Assembly: GCA_963823035.1 (NCBI GenBank)
Contig: CAWGKG010000004.1
Location: 320,001 to 384,000, forward strand
DNA: 64,000 nt
Reading direction: 5' to 3'
Source: an uncultured Gemmatimonadales bacterium
GTDB lineage: Bacteria > Gemmatimonadota > Gemmatimonadetes > Longimicrobiales > Gaopeijiaceae
How positions within the stretch are numbered: position 1 is the stretch's first letter; every line of letters starts with the position of its first letter. The notes under the pieces were generated by a model. It had not been told where the DNA came from, ran no database searches, and saw only the letters and a list, made by a program, of their open reading frames with translations. Below are positions 20,433 through 30,873 of this stretch, piece by piece. The position numbers and the translations under genes were made by a program.

Positions 20433-20677
20433 GGGAGGGTCTCCCTCGCTCGCGGGTCTTCCGCCGCCCGCGCGTCCCGTGAATGCCAGAGGGGGTGGAC
20501 GGCGGCCTGAACCTACGGCCCCCCTCGGCGCGCCACCACGGGCGGCGCGACGCCGGCGACCGCTCGGTTGGCCGGTACCGGGCGCGCGCCTACATTCCAG
20601 GGACCTCCGTCCGTCCGGCTCGGGTGGCCGGCGGACGGTCTCTTTTCCCGGATCCTCCCGAGAGGTTGCTCCCCGTG

Positions 20678-21713
20678 ATGCGCACCCTGCTCATCGTCTC
20701 TTCGGTGGCCGCCCTGGCGGCGCCCACCGCCGGCGTCTGCGCAGCACCCCCGTGTCGATTCGACGGCGGCGGTCGTGGAGGGCACGGACTTCCGCGTCTA
20801 CGACGGAGAGGGCGGGGCCCGGTCCTTCGCCGACGTGGTGGCCGCGATCGCGGACGCGGAGGCGGTCCTCGTCGGAGAGACGCACGACGACGCGGTCGGC
20901 CACGGCGTCGAGACGCAGATCCTCGTCCGGGGCGCGCAGCGTGTCGGAGCCGTGAGCCAGGGTGGCGGCCCCTCGCGGACGGTCATCCTCTCGCTGGAGA
21001 TGTTCGAGCGCGACGTGCAGTACGTCCTCGACGAGTACCTCGCCGGCCTCATCACGGAGGATCAGTTCAAGCGGAGCGCCCGTCCCTGGGACCGCTACGA
21101 CACCGACTACCGGCCCATGGTGGAGTTCGCGCGGGCCCACGAGCATCCCCGTCGTGGCGGCGAACGCGCCCCGGCGGTACGTGAACCGCGTCAGCCGGCT
21201 GGGGTCGGGCTCCCTCTCCGCGTTGTCCTGGGAGGCCCGGGCGTACCTCCCACCGCTTGCCCTATCCCGGACCTTCCCCGCTCTACACCGAGCAGTGGAA
21301 CGCCCTCATGGGGGAGATGATGCAGGGGATGCCGGCGTCGGCGTCCGACTCGGCCGCTGCCGACGAGGGGCAAGGGGCAGACGGAGGAGGAGGCGCCCCC
21401 GCCACCCGTGCACGACCTGGGCAACGCCCTGCAGGCGCAGGCTCTATGGGACGCGTCGATGGGGGAGGCGGTCGCGCTCCAGCTCCGGCTGCATCCCGGC
21501 GCGCTGGTGATCCACTACGCGGGGTCGTTCCACGTCGAGAAGGGGACGGGAATTCCCGAGCGGGTGGTCGACTACCGCCCCGGGACGCGGGTGCTCACCG
21601 TGGTGCTTCAGCCCGCCGAGGACATCGACGCCTGGAACGACGAGGAAGACCAGGGGCTGGGCGACTTCGTGATCCTCACGCGCAAGCCGCCCGAGGCCGC
21701 GGCCGGACGCTGA
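20678..21713 (+). CDS. ChaN (DUF399, haem-uptake/Tiki-like) family exported protein; several frameshifts
   Basis: VLVGETHDD, LSLEMFERDVQ, YDTDYRPMVEFAR, VVAANAPR, QALWDASM and GSFHVE are spread over ORFs 20483, 20775, 20962, 21257 and 21408. Confidence 0.8.
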
Positions 21714-21725
21714 CGCTCCGGCGGA

Positions 21726-22217
21726 TCAGCCGCCCGTGAAGACCTGGGAGCGGATCTTCCAGCTACGCCCCTTGAGCAGGTAGACCGTCACGAACGGGCC
21801 GGAGCGCTGGGTGCCGTTCTCCGTGAGCTGGTAGTTGCCGTACACGACGGCCATCCCGCCGCTGGCGTCGAAGTCCAGCATGAAGGCCTCGACCTCGCCG
21901 CGCAGGGGAAGCGTCTCCTCCAGGTGCGTCCGGATGGCATCCCGTCCGCGCAGGGGCGCCTGGTCGGGCTCGATCAGGACCGCGTTCTCCCAGTAGAGAT
22001 CGGCCACCTCGTCGGCCCGGTCGGCCTTCCAGGCGCGCGCCCAGTCGGCCATGAGCTTGTTGAGCTTCTCGAGCACCTCGGCGTGGTACTCGGCGTAGAT
22101 CCCGCGCGTGTCCACGGGCGGGTAGCCGGGCGCCTGCGCCGAGAGGGGGTGGGCGCCGACCGCGTACGCGCAGGACGCGAGCGCCAGGAGGGGGAGGATA
22201 CGTCGGATGCGTCGCAT
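21726..22217 (-). CDS. Exported NTF2-like/SnoaL (DUF4440/YybH) protein
   Basis: Signal peptide plus WARAWKAD...LYWENAVLI...GRDAI...WKI pattern. Confidence 0.75.
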   Translation of the reverse strand: MRRIRRILPLLALASCAYAVGAHPLSAQAPGYPPVDTRGIYAEYHAEVLEKLNKLMADWARAWKADRADEVADLYWENAVLIEPDQAPLRGRDAIRTHLEETLPLRGEVEAFMLDFDASGGMAVVYGNYQLTENGTQRSGPFVTVYLLKGRSWKIRSQVFTGG

Positions 22218-22360
22218 CGTGAGGCGGCGGAGACGGTTCGTCGGGCGGTTGGAAGAGGTTACGCGGGAGCGGCCGGCAGCTTACCAGGCCTGCGGGCACG
22301 GCGGAAGGGGGCGGGCTGCTAGGATGGCGTGGTCGGTCCGCGCGCGGTACTCCTGCAGCC

Positions 22361-23182
22361 ATGGATGCGCACACGTTGCCCGCCGGCACCCGCATGGGGC
22401 GCGTGCGTCTGCGCGTCGCGTCGCTGGAGCGCGAGCGAGCCTTCTACCGGGACGTGCTCGGCTTCGAAGTCCACGACGACGACGGGGCCACGGCCGTGCT
22501 CGGCGTTGCGGACGGCGCTCCCCTCCTGGAGCTCCGGGCCGCCCCGGGAGCACCGCGCCGGCCCGCCCGTGCGACCGGCCTCTTCCACGTGGCCTTCCTG
22601 CATCCCACGCGCGCCGACCTCGCGGCCACGCTCCACCGCGTGCGTCGGGAGGGGTACCGCATCGACGGGTTCGCCGATCACAACGTGTCGGAGGCCGCCT
22701 ACCTCACGGATCCGGAGGGCAACGGGCTCGAGCTCTACTCCGACCGCCCGCGCGAGGTGTGGGCCGCGCCCGACGGCGGCATCCACATCACCACGGAGCC
22801 GCTCGACCTGGCGGGGCTGCTCGCGACCGCACGGGCCCCGTCCGGAGGGATCGCGCGGGGCACCGTGGTAGGTCACGTGCACCTGCGCGTGTCGTCGCTC
22901 GCGGCCGCCGAGGCCTTCTACGTGGACCGCCTGGGCTTCGAGGTCGTCACCCGCGCCTACCCGGGCGCGCTCTTCGTCTCGGCGGGGGGCTACCACCACC
23001 ACCTGGGGTTGAACGTCTGGGGAGGGAGGGCGACCGCTCCTCCCGAAGGCGCCCTCGGGCTCGCGTCGTTGGCCGTGGTCGTGCCGGAACAGGCGGACCG
23101 CGCGCGCGTCCTGGAGTGGACGGGCGCACCGACGCTGCTCGACGCGGACGGGAACGGCGTGCGCGTCGTCCCTGCCGACTAG
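22361..23182 (+). CDS. VOC family protein, catechol 2,3-dioxygenase (CatE-like)
   Basis: TGLFHVAFL, DHNVSEAAYLTDPEGNGLELY, GHVHLRV and GGYHHHLGLNVW. Confidence 0.85.
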   Translation: MDAHTLPAGTRMGRVRLRVASLERERAFYRDVLGFEVHDDDGATAVLGVADGAPLLELRAAPGAPRRPARATGLFHVAFLHPTRADLAATLHRVRREGYRIDGFADHNVSEAAYLTDPEGNGLELYSDRPREVWAAPDGGIHITTEPLDLAGLLATARAPSGGIARGTVVGHVHLRVSSLAAAEAFYVDRLGFEVVTRAYPGALFVSAGGYHHHLGLNVWGGRATAPPEGALGLASLAVVVPEQADRARVLEWTGAPTLLDADGNGVRVVPAD

Positions 23183-23726
23183 CGCCCGCCGCCCTCTCCC
23201 CACCCCCAGAAGGGGAGGTTGACGCCCAGCGTCAGGTAGCGCGGCTTCACGCGCGCGTCCACGAAGACCCAGCGGATCTCGATCTGCGCCGTGAGCGGGA
23301 GTACGCCGAGCTGCCCCGTGCGCAGTCCAGCCACGACGTCGGCCCATCGCTTCGTCTCGCGGCCGGGCGTGGAGTCCTGGTAGATCGTGTCGCGCCACAC
23401 CAGCCCGCCGCCGAGGTAGATCCCGCCGCGGCGGCCGCCGCTCAGCACGACGGCGTCCACGCCGTACTGGTACTCCTTGAGCCCGGTCAGGAACGTGATG
23501 TCTCCGTTCGGCACCAGCTCCACGTAGCCCGAGGGGAGGATCGGGATCCTCAGCTGCGCGCCCGCCACCGAGCCCGTGGAGTTGTAGTCGTATCCGAAGT
23601 GCACGCCGACCTGAGGCGGCGCCCATCCACCCCCCCGGGCGCGGAGCGGGGTCGCAGCTGCGCCGACACCGACAGGGGTGCGAGCAGGAGGGCGAGCGCC
23701 AAGGCGGCCGAGAACATGCGGTGCAT
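23179..23726 (-). CDS. Small outer-membrane beta-barrel-like protein; frameshift ~23630
   Basis: Signal peptide MHRMFSAALALALLLAPLSVSAQ in one frame, then amphipathic strands VGVHFGYDY...LTLGVNLPFW in ORF 23179..23940. Confidence 0.6.
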
Positions 23727-23927
23727 GCGAGGGATCCGGTCGAGGGGGGTGGGGTGGACCTCTCCGTTTAACCTCCGAAACGGCCGTCGCGTTCCTCTCC
23801 CGGGCCGTGTGGGCGGGTCGGCAGCCCTCGAGGGCGCGCCCCCGTTCCAACCTCCCCGCAACGGCCTCCGTCCAAGGATACGAGCACGGATCCGGATCGA
23901 AGGACGCGAATCGGGGAGGGACGGAAG

Positions 23928-24830
23928 ATGCTGCGCGCACTCAGATGGACGGCGTTGTTCCTGGGGTATGGGTTGGTGGGGTTCAGTGGGGACCTGGCGG
24001 CTGCGCTGCTCGCGGGGGAGCCCGCGCTCTCCCGGAACGTCGAGGTACGTGTGGACCTCCCGGACTTCGACGTGCAAGTGGAGCCGGCCCACTCCGGGCG
24101 CTGCGCCTACGAGGCCGAGCGCAAGGTGTCCCTCACCGCTTCTGCGGCGGAATGGCTGCGTCTGGACGCCGGCTCCGGGGAGCTCACCATCGAGGGGCGG
24201 GCCGGTCTGGATCGCGTCCAGGCGGTCGGGCGGGCGTGCGCTTCCGACGAGTCCTACCTGGAGGAGCTCACCCTCACGCTCGAGCGGCGCGGCGACGACG
24301 TCGTACTCGCCACCCACTATCCGAACCGCAACGGACGCGGCGGATGGCACGGGGAGGACTACGCACGCATCGACCTCGTCGTGGAGGTGCCGCTCGACAT
24401 GGCGGTGGACCTCGAGGACTCGTCGGGCGGGATGGACATCACCGGCACCGGTGAGCTGCGCATCGACGACTCCTCCGGCGAGATCTTCGTGCACGGCGTG
24501 AACGGCGCGGTGTGGATCGACGACTCCTCGGGCTCCATCGACGTGCGCGACGTGGTGGGCGACGTGGAGGTCGACGACGGCTCCGGCGAGGTGGAGCTGT
24601 CGAACGTGCAGGGCTCGGTTCTCGTCCGCGACGGCTCGGGCGGGATCGACGTGGCGGAGGTGAAGGGGGACGTGGTCATCGGCGACGACGGTTCGGGCTC
24701 GATCGACGTGCGCGACGTCGAGGGCGACTTCACCGTGCGCTCCGACGGGAGCGGTGGGATCCGCTTCAGTGGCATCGGCGGTACCGTGGACGTCCCCGCC
24801 GACAAGCGCCGACATCGGCGCGGCGGCTGA
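23928..24830 (+). CDS. DUF4097 (putative adhesin) beta-strand repeat protein
   Basis: Repeated DDSSGxIxVxxVxG units and an N-terminal hydrophobic segment. Confidence 0.85.
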   Translation: MLRALRWTALFLGYGLVGFSGDLAAALLAGEPALSRNVEVRVDLPDFDVQVEPAHSGRCAYEAERKVSLTASAAEWLRLDAGSGELTIEGRAGLDRVQAVGRACASDESYLEELTLTLERRGDDVVLATHYPNRNGRGGWHGEDYARIDLVVEVPLDMAVDLEDSSGGMDITGTGELRIDDSSGEIFVHGVNGAVWIDDSSGSIDVRDVVGDVEVDDGSGEVELSNVQGSVLVRDGSGGIDVAEVKGDVVIGDDGSGSIDVRDVEGDFTVRSDGSGGIRFSGIGGTVDVPADKRRHRRGG

Positions 24831-24859
24831 CCGGGTCGGAGCAACCTCGAGCGTCGGGC

Positions 24860-25291
24860 TCAGTCGGCCAGGACGCTCGGAAGGGCGGCGCCCGAGGCCG
24901 AGAGGTCCTCGATCGTCGTCCCGTCGAGGAAGGTCCGTACCTGCCGCGACGCGCTCTTCCAGCGGGAGTGGGCGGCGCAGGGGTTGGCGTCGCTGCACCG
25001 CTCCCTTCCCAGGAGGCAGTCGGAAGCCGTCGTGATCTCGTCGAAGGGTCCGATGACGGTCGCGAGTCGCAGCTGGGAGGGGGGCCGTCCCAGACGGAAG
25101 CCCCCGTGGGGCCCCCGCGTGGACGTGAGCACGCCCTCACGGGCGAGCACATGCAGGATCTTCGACAGGTAGTTGCGCGGCACGTCCAGCGCCTCGGCGA
25201 TGTCGTCGACCCGCACGGGTTCCTCGCCCTCGACCTCCGCCAGGTGGAGCACCGCCCTGAGTGCGTACACCGCGGTCTGGGAGAGAATCAC
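24860..25291 (-). CDS. Rrf2 family transcriptional regulator (three Cys, probable Fe-S)
   Basis: YALRAVLHLA, YLSKIL, STRGPHGGFRL and CLLGRERCSDANPCAAH. Confidence 0.92.
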   Translation of the reverse strand: MILSQTAVYALRAVLHLAEVEGEEPVRVDDIAEALDVPRNYLSKILHVLAREGVLTSTRGPHGGFRLGRPPSQLRLATVIGPFDEITTASDCLLGRERCSDANPCAAHSRWKSASRQVRTFLDGTTIEDLSASGAALPSVLAD

Positions 25292-25344
25292 GGCCGTTCC
25301 GTCCTTGCCTCTTGGGTCTTGCCGTCTCGAGGACGACCCTTCTT

Positions 25345-25366
25345 TTCATCATGATGATATGATGAA
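25345..25366. promoter_or_regulatory. Perfect inverted repeat, probable Rrf2 operator
   Basis: TTCATCAT-N6-ATGATGAA, about 55 bp upstream of the Rrf2 start. Confidence 0.6.
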
Positions 25367-25418
25367 TTAGACGACGCAAGGCCCTCGGCCCGCGGACGCC
25401 GCTCGCTCCTCGGCCCGG

Positions 25419-25645
25419 AACGGGAAGGTGGACGTGGACCCCGGGGGTGTGGCATTGATTACGCTCGACCCGGAAGGGCGCAAGTTGGAGTATCGCACGG
25501 AGAAGGGAGCGAGCCGGTGAGGGCGGTCTACCATCTCATGGTCATGGCGTACGTCCGCGCGGACGTCGTGGCCGGGACACGCGCCGGCCGCCCTGGCCCT
25601 CCCGCGGTTCGCCGTGCTGCTCGCGCGGGGCTGGGCCCGTGCTGA
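25419..25645 (+). pseudogene. Possible remnants of two coupled genes
   Basis: The stop of fragment NGKVDVDPGGVALITLDPEGRKLEYRTEKGASR* overlaps (GTGA) the start of MRAVYHLMVMAYV..., whose stop overlaps the next start codon. Confidence 0.3.
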
Positions 25646-26476
25646 AGCTCCTGGTGGCCCTGGGCGTGCTCATCGTGGTCGTCGTCGTGGGATTCGGGCT
25701 CCTCCTCGTCTCGCGTGGGCGCGCCGCGCAACGACCGCGACTGGGCCGCCGACCACGCGCGGCCCGCCCGTATCGAGCTCGGCGCGGAAGAGGTGCGCAT
25801 CCACGACCTGCGCGACTTCCGGCACCTCGCGGACGGCACGTTCGAGGAGGGGTATCGCGACGAGAGCTACCGACTCGACGACGCCCGCGCCGTCTGGTTC
25901 GTCCTGGCGCCCTTCGCGAACCGCTTCCGGGGGCTTGCGCACGGCTTCGTGAGCTTCGAGTTCACGGGAGGGCGCTACGTGGCCGTCTCGATCGAGGCGC
26001 GGCGGGAGGAGGGGGAGAGCTACGCCCTTCTCGGCGGGATGCTGCGGGACTTCGAGGTGACGTACGTGGTGGGGACGGAGGAGGACCTGATCGGGCAACG
26101 CGCGGCGCGCGGCGACACGCTCTTCCTCTATCCGTCCAGGGCGACGCCGGAGCAGACGCGCGCGCTCTTCGTGGACATGCTCGGACGTGCCGGCGCGCTC
26201 CAGGAGCACCCGGAGTACTACAACACGCTGGTGCACAACTGCATGACGATGCTGCGCGACCACGTGAACCGCATCGCGCCGGACCCCCTGCCGTGGGGGT
26301 GGGGCATCCTCCTGCCGGGCTTCTCCGACAAGCTGGCGCTCGACCACGGCTTGCTGGCGACCGATCTGGACCTCGACCAGGCACGCGCCCGCTTCCGCGT
26401 GGACCGGGCCGCGCGTGATGCCCTCGGCACGGGGGAGGCGTTCGGGACGCGGATCCGGGAAGGGCTGTCGCCGTAG
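25639..26476 (+). CDS. DUF4105 (Lnb N-terminal-like) membrane-anchored protein; frameshift ~25720
   Basis: N-terminal TM, PRNDRDW, AHGFVSFEF, SIEARREEGESY and YYNTLVHNC. Confidence 0.8.
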
Positions 26477-26478
26477 GT

Positions 26479-27760
26479 CTAGTGCCCCCGGCGCCGCGCC
26501 CGGATGAAGACCTGGATCTCGTCGGGGCGCGGGTTCTCGTACCGGATCTCGATCCGTCCGTCGTCGGTCTCCCGCACCACGCCGGGGATCGCGTTCGCGG
26601 TCAGGTACCACCCCTCCGGGAGCACCACGGTGTTGCGCGCCCGGCCGAAGCCGCGGTCCCAGACGAGGGCGTCGCCGTCCACCACGTAACGCCCGGGATC
26701 GGTGTACGTCTCCCAGATGCGCAGGCGCGTGGACGCACCCGTTTCCAGGGCGTCGTACCAGATCACCACGACGTGGGCGTCCGCGCCGGCCTCGTCGCCC
26801 ACGTCGACGCCCCGTGCCGCGAGCTGCGCGCCGGTGAGCTGCTCGACGCGCAGGCGCTCTCCCGTATCCAGGTTCCACGCCTCGGGGTCCGAGGCGGAGC
26901 TCCCCGCGCGCACGACGTTCAGGTAGTGGTCCATGCCCGCCCGCTTCTCCGTGTAGTCGTGGAAGAGGCGGAAGGCGTGCGTCTCCGGCTGCTGGAGGAA
27001 GTAGGTGATGTCCCGGTCCTGGAAGGCGCGCTCGGGAAACGTCCACCCGACGCGCGCGCTCTGCGGCGCGCCACCCCCGCCGGTGGGCACGGGCGACCGT
27101 CCCGTGGGCGGGAGCAGCGTTGTGCGTACCGACCGGCAGCGGGCGGCCGCGCACGCGGAAGTCCACCGCGCCGGGGCCGGGGTTCATGAAGCTGACGCGC
27201 ACGCGTCCGTCCTCCTCGGTGTCCACCTGCACCGGGTAGTTGGCGCCGACGAGCTCGTAGCCCGCGGGAAGCACCACGGAGTTGCGCCGGATGCCGAGGG
27301 AGCGGTCGAAGACGATGTCGAGCCCGTCGGCGTAGTAGCTCTTCTTATCGATGTAGGTCTTGTCGATGCGCACGCGGCCCTGGCCACCCTCGGGGACCGG
27401 GCGAGCGAGCGTCACCTTGATGAAGCGTCCGTCGAGGCTCGCCCGGGGGTGTCCGTTCGCGCGGGCGTACGCCCCGTCCACCACCTCCCACGCGAGCGGC
27501 GCGCCGGTGTGGAGGTCGGTGACGCCGTGCACCTCCTCCTCGGCTCCCTCACGGATCCCGTTGTAGAAGAAGCGGGCACCGCCCGTCGTGGCCGTGACGT
27601 CGTAGATGATGTGGAAGGCCCCGCTGCCCGGCGCCTCGAGCTCGTAGCGGGTGTAGTCGTCCGTCTGCGTCTGCGGCGCGTCCTGCGCCCGCAGCGGGTG
27701 GCAGAGCGACAGCGCCGCGAGGGCGGCAAAGGTGGGCAGAGGGTGAGCGACGAACCGCAT
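26479..27760 (-). CDS. Exported hypothetical protein with an internal domain duplication; frameshift ~27100
   Basis: Signal peptide at ATG 27760. The halves share FDRSLGIRRNSVVLPAGY / WDRGFGRARNTVVLPEGW and EDGRVRVSFMNP / DDGRIEIRYENP. Confidence 0.7.
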
Positions 27761-27873
27761 GGAGCCTCCTCGGACGATGGACCGACGGGCCCCCGCACGA
27801 GAAGCCCGTCCCGCCGCGCCCACACTACCAGCCCGCCGCTCGGCGGGCCAGCCGTCCGGGCCCCGCCGGCCCG

Positions 27874-28425
27874 CTACTCGAGAAGCCCCTCGGAGACCGC
27901 GCGCAGAACGTCGCCGGAGGTGACGATCCCCTCGAGCCGATCGCCGTTCACCACTACGGCACGGTGGATGCGCCCGCGCACCAGGAAGTCGGCGAGCTCA
28001 CGGACGGTGGCGTCGGGCCGCACGGAGAAAGCCACCGGCGTCATGATGTCCGAAACCGCAACGGCGTCCAGCTCGGTCTCGGCGAACTGCTCGAGGAATC
28101 CCTCGCGGTTGAAGGGGGAGTCCTCCGGGAGGAAGAAGCCGTAGGGGTCGGAGTCCTCCTCTTCCTGGTCGTCGGGCTCGTGGATGAGCGCGTGGTCGGA
28201 GAGCGAAGGCGGACTCGAGGACGAGGCGACGTGCACGTCCGCGTCCTCCGCCGCCAACCGCACCACGTCCGTGGCCGACACCACACCGAGCAACTCTCCA
28301 TGTCGACCCACCACCGGGGCGCCGCTGATCTCCTCGTCCGCAAGGAGCCTGGACAGCTGTCGGACCGTGGTCTCGGGCGTGACCGTCACCACCGAAGCCT
28401 GCATGATGTCACGTACGGTGAGCAT
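27874..28425 (-). CDS. CBS domain pair protein
   Basis: MLTVRDIM...ISGAPVV...GVVSATD and VSDIMT...IHRAVVV...GIVTSGD. Confidence 0.9.
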   Translation of the reverse strand: MLTVRDIMQASVVTVTPETTVRQLSRLLADEEISGAPVVGRHGELLGVVSATDVVRLAAEDADVHVASSSSPPSLSDHALIHEPDDQEEEDSDPYGFFLPEDSPFNREGFLEQFAETELDAVAVSDIMTPVAFSVRPDATVRELADFLVRGRIHRAVVVNGDRLEGIVTSGDVLRAVSEGLLE

Positions 28426-28466
28426 GGCCCACCTCCTTGCGGGCCGGCCGTGGGCCGGCGACGCGG

Positions 28467-29366
28467 TCAAGGTGCGGGATGGTAGAGCAGGATGGGCAAG
28501 TGGCTTCCCCGAAGTACCTTGTCGGCCGTGCTCCCGAGGAGGGCGCGCGTCAGTCCCGTGCGTGCATGGGTGGCCATGGCGATGAAGTCGCAGTCGGCCC
28601 CTTCCGCCTCCGAGAGGATGCCGTGCCCGGGCTGCGCCACCAGGACGACGTTGTGGTCGACGCGCAAGCCACGCTCGCGCAGGCGCTCGACGTGCTCCAG
28701 CAGGTAGCCCTCGGCCGCGTCGCGTGCCTCGTCCACGAACTGCTGGTTCATCTGCATCGTGTGGGGGAGGTAGGGGCTGTTGAACTGCATCGGGTACGGC
28801 ACCACGCGCACCAGGTGGAAGTCGGCGTCGAAGAGGGTCCCGAACTCGACCGCGTGGTCCAACACGCTCTCGGACAGCTCGCTGCCGTCCAGCGGGATCA
28901 GCATGCGCGTGAGCTCGACCGATCGGGACAGGTCGGGCTGCGCGCCCGACTCCTCGGGGCGCACGAGCAGGAGCGGACGCGAGGTGTGGTGCAGGAACGC
29001 ATCGGCCACGCTGCCCAGCCACGCGCGCGAGAGCATCCCGCGCCCATGGGTGGCCATGACGATCAGGTCGACGGCCTTCCGCTCCGCTTCCTGCTCGAGC
29101 ACCTCCACGACGTGGCCGGCTCCCAGGTCGGCCGTGACCTCACCGGTCGCCTGGCTGCGCACGCGCTCGAGCACGTTGGCCTGGTAGCTCTGCGTCCACT
29201 CCTCGGCCGCGTTCTCCCACTCGTCGTAGGCGAACGAGGGGATCGGCTCCTGAACGGTGATCAGGTGGATGTGGGCACCGGTATGGCGGCTTATGGCAAG
29301 GGCGAGGGGAAGGGCGGACTCCGCGAAGCGGGACCCGTCCAGGGGCACCATGATCTGGCGGTACAT
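28467..29366 (-). CDS. Tandem universal stress protein (UspA x2)
   Basis: Two copies of I(M/L)(V/I)PLDGS...MATHGRG/MATHARTG...LGS(V/T)AD. Confidence 0.93.
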   Translation of the reverse strand: MYRQIMVPLDGSRFAESALPLALAISRHTGAHIHLITVQEPIPSFAYDEWENAAEEWTQSYQANVLERVRSQATGEVTADLGAGHVVEVLEQEAERKAVDLIVMATHGRGMLSRAWLGSVADAFLHHTSRPLLLVRPEESGAQPDLSRSVELTRMLIPLDGSELSESVLDHAVEFGTLFDADFHLVRVVPYPMQFNSPYLPHTMQMNQQFVDEARDAAEGYLLEHVERLRERGLRVDHNVVLVAQPGHGILSEAEGADCDFIAMATHARTGLTRALLGSTADKVLRGSHLPILLYHPAP

Positions 29367-29420
29367 GGAATCCTCCGCGCTGGTTCGGGCGGCGGAGGCG
29401 CTCCGCCGCCAGCGTTTCCT

Positions 29421-30539
29421 TCAGAAGGAAACGGAGCCGCTCTGGTGGGGCGTGGTTGCAGCGGTGGCGAGCTCTTCACTCTCGACGAGTCCGTCGACCA
29501 GCCGGTCCACGGTACCTTGGCACTGTCCGGGCTCCCGTCTCGGGGCGAAGGGGATGACCACGCGAACGCGGGTGCCTCTGCCGGGTCCAGACTCCAGCGA
29601 CAGCTCACCTTGAACATAACCGGCCCGCTCGTGCATCCCGAAGAGCCCCAGGCTCGTTCCGGTCTGCGCGAGCGCTGTGCCGAGGTCGAATCCGCGGCCG
29701 TCGTCGACGATCTGCGCGACCACCGACTCGCCCTCCCGGCTGAAGTGCACCTCCACGCTGTCGGCTCCCGAGTGGAAGACGGCGTTGCTCAGCGCCTCCT
29801 GGACGATGCGGAAGAGCGCCAGGGACGACTCGCGCGAGAGGGGCGGCACGTCCCCCAGGAACCTGAACTCGATGCGGCGGCCCTCTCCCAGGGAGCGGGC
29901 GTGGGCCTCGAGCGCCACCTTGACGCCGAGCTCGTCCAGCTCGGGGGGGCGCAATCGCCGAGCGACACCTCGGATCTCTTCGAGGGCGCTGACCACTTCT
30001 TCGCGGATCTCGGTGATGGAACCATCCGCACCACTCGAAAGGTGCCGCTCGGCGATACGCAGCCTCACCAGGACGCCCGCGAGCGTCTGGGCCGTGCCGG
30101 AATACAACTCGTGCGCGATGCGCTGACGCTCACGCTCCTCGGACTCGAGGACCCGCCGAGCCAGCTCCTGCTGGCGGGTCCGGTTGGCGGAGATCGCGTC
30201 GAGCATCTCGTTGAACGTGTCCGTGACGCGTTGGAGACGAGCGTCGGCGACAGGCGAGCCCGGCGCGCGGGCCTCGATCTCGCCGCGCCCGACACGGCTG
30301 GCGGCCTGCTCCAGCTCGTGCAACGGGGAGAGCGCGAGGCGCACCAGCCAGGCGTCCACGAGAACGCTCGCCACGAGGACGAGCAGGCCCACGGCGACGG
30401 CCGCGACCGCCGCCGGGCCGGGCAAACCCCTCCCCACTCCGGACGCGAGGCCCGCACCCACGATCGCTGCCAGCACGACCAGAGCCGCATTGGCGAGAAC
30501 GATCTTCCAGAAGAGCGAGAGCCTCAACAACGCGCGCAC
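29421..30539 (-). CDS. Membrane HAMP/HisKA_3/HATPase sensor kinase-like protein lacking the phospho-acceptor His
   Basis: Two TMs and a HAMP domain. The H-box reads ERQRIAHELYSGTAQ, while EALSNA, DDGRGF and GRGT boxes are intact. Confidence 0.85.
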   Translation of the reverse strand: MRALLRLSLFWKIVLANAALVVLAAIVGAGLASGVGRGLPGPAAVAAVAVGLLVLVASVLVDAWLVRLALSPLHELEQAASRVGRGEIEARAPGSPVADARLQRVTDTFNEMLDAISANRTRQQELARRVLESEERERQRIAHELYSGTAQTLAGVLVRLRIAERHLSSGADGSITEIREEVVSALEEIRGVARRLRPPELDELGVKVALEAHARSLGEGRRIEFRFLGDVPPLSRESSLALFRIVQEALSNAVFHSGADSVEVHFSREGESVVAQIVDDGRGFDLGTALAQTGTSLGLFGMHERAGYVQGELSLESGPGRGTRVRVVIPFAPRREPGQCQGTVDRLVDGLVESEELATAATTPHQSGSVSF

Positions 30540-30823
30540 TCGGGAAGTCCGTGGAGAACTTCCCGGCGCACCTCCGGATGCACCGATGTCGGCCGGCGCC
30601 TGGTGGAGGGAAGGGCGTCGCAGGGTTCCTGGTCACGTCTTCCGGAGTGGAGAGGGCGGCTGAGCATGCTATGTGGAATCGGCAGGCGTGTCGCCCGCCG
30701 GGAAGCCGTTCGGAGACGGGGGACTCGCGGGACCCGCCGTCTCGCGTAAATTCTCGGGTTGGGCGGGTCCTGGGGCTGTCAGGGACTATGCGCCCCCCGA
30801 GGTGGGAAATGCGCCGCCGGGAA

Positions 30824-30842
30824 TGTGGGGGTTTTCTCCACA
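30824..30842. promoter_or_regulatory. Pseudo-palindrome in the divergent kinase promoter region (candidate NarL-family site)
   Basis: TGTGGGGGTTTTCTCCACA, with a related GTGGAGAACTTCCCGG at 30551-30566. Confidence 0.4.
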
Positions 30843-30873
30843 CCTCGCGCGACGGGAGAGGAGCTTTGAGCGG

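Noticed and set aside
24400..24800. Periodic GACGAC(T/G)(C/G)CTC repeats resembling an array
   Set aside because: They are degenerate coding repeats of a DUF4097 protein, not CRISPR repeats with spacers.
29388..29410. 10-bp GC hairpin upstream of the usp SD as a riboswitch or thermometer
   Set aside because: It does not cover the SD and has no aptamer features. Such stems are frequent at this GC content.
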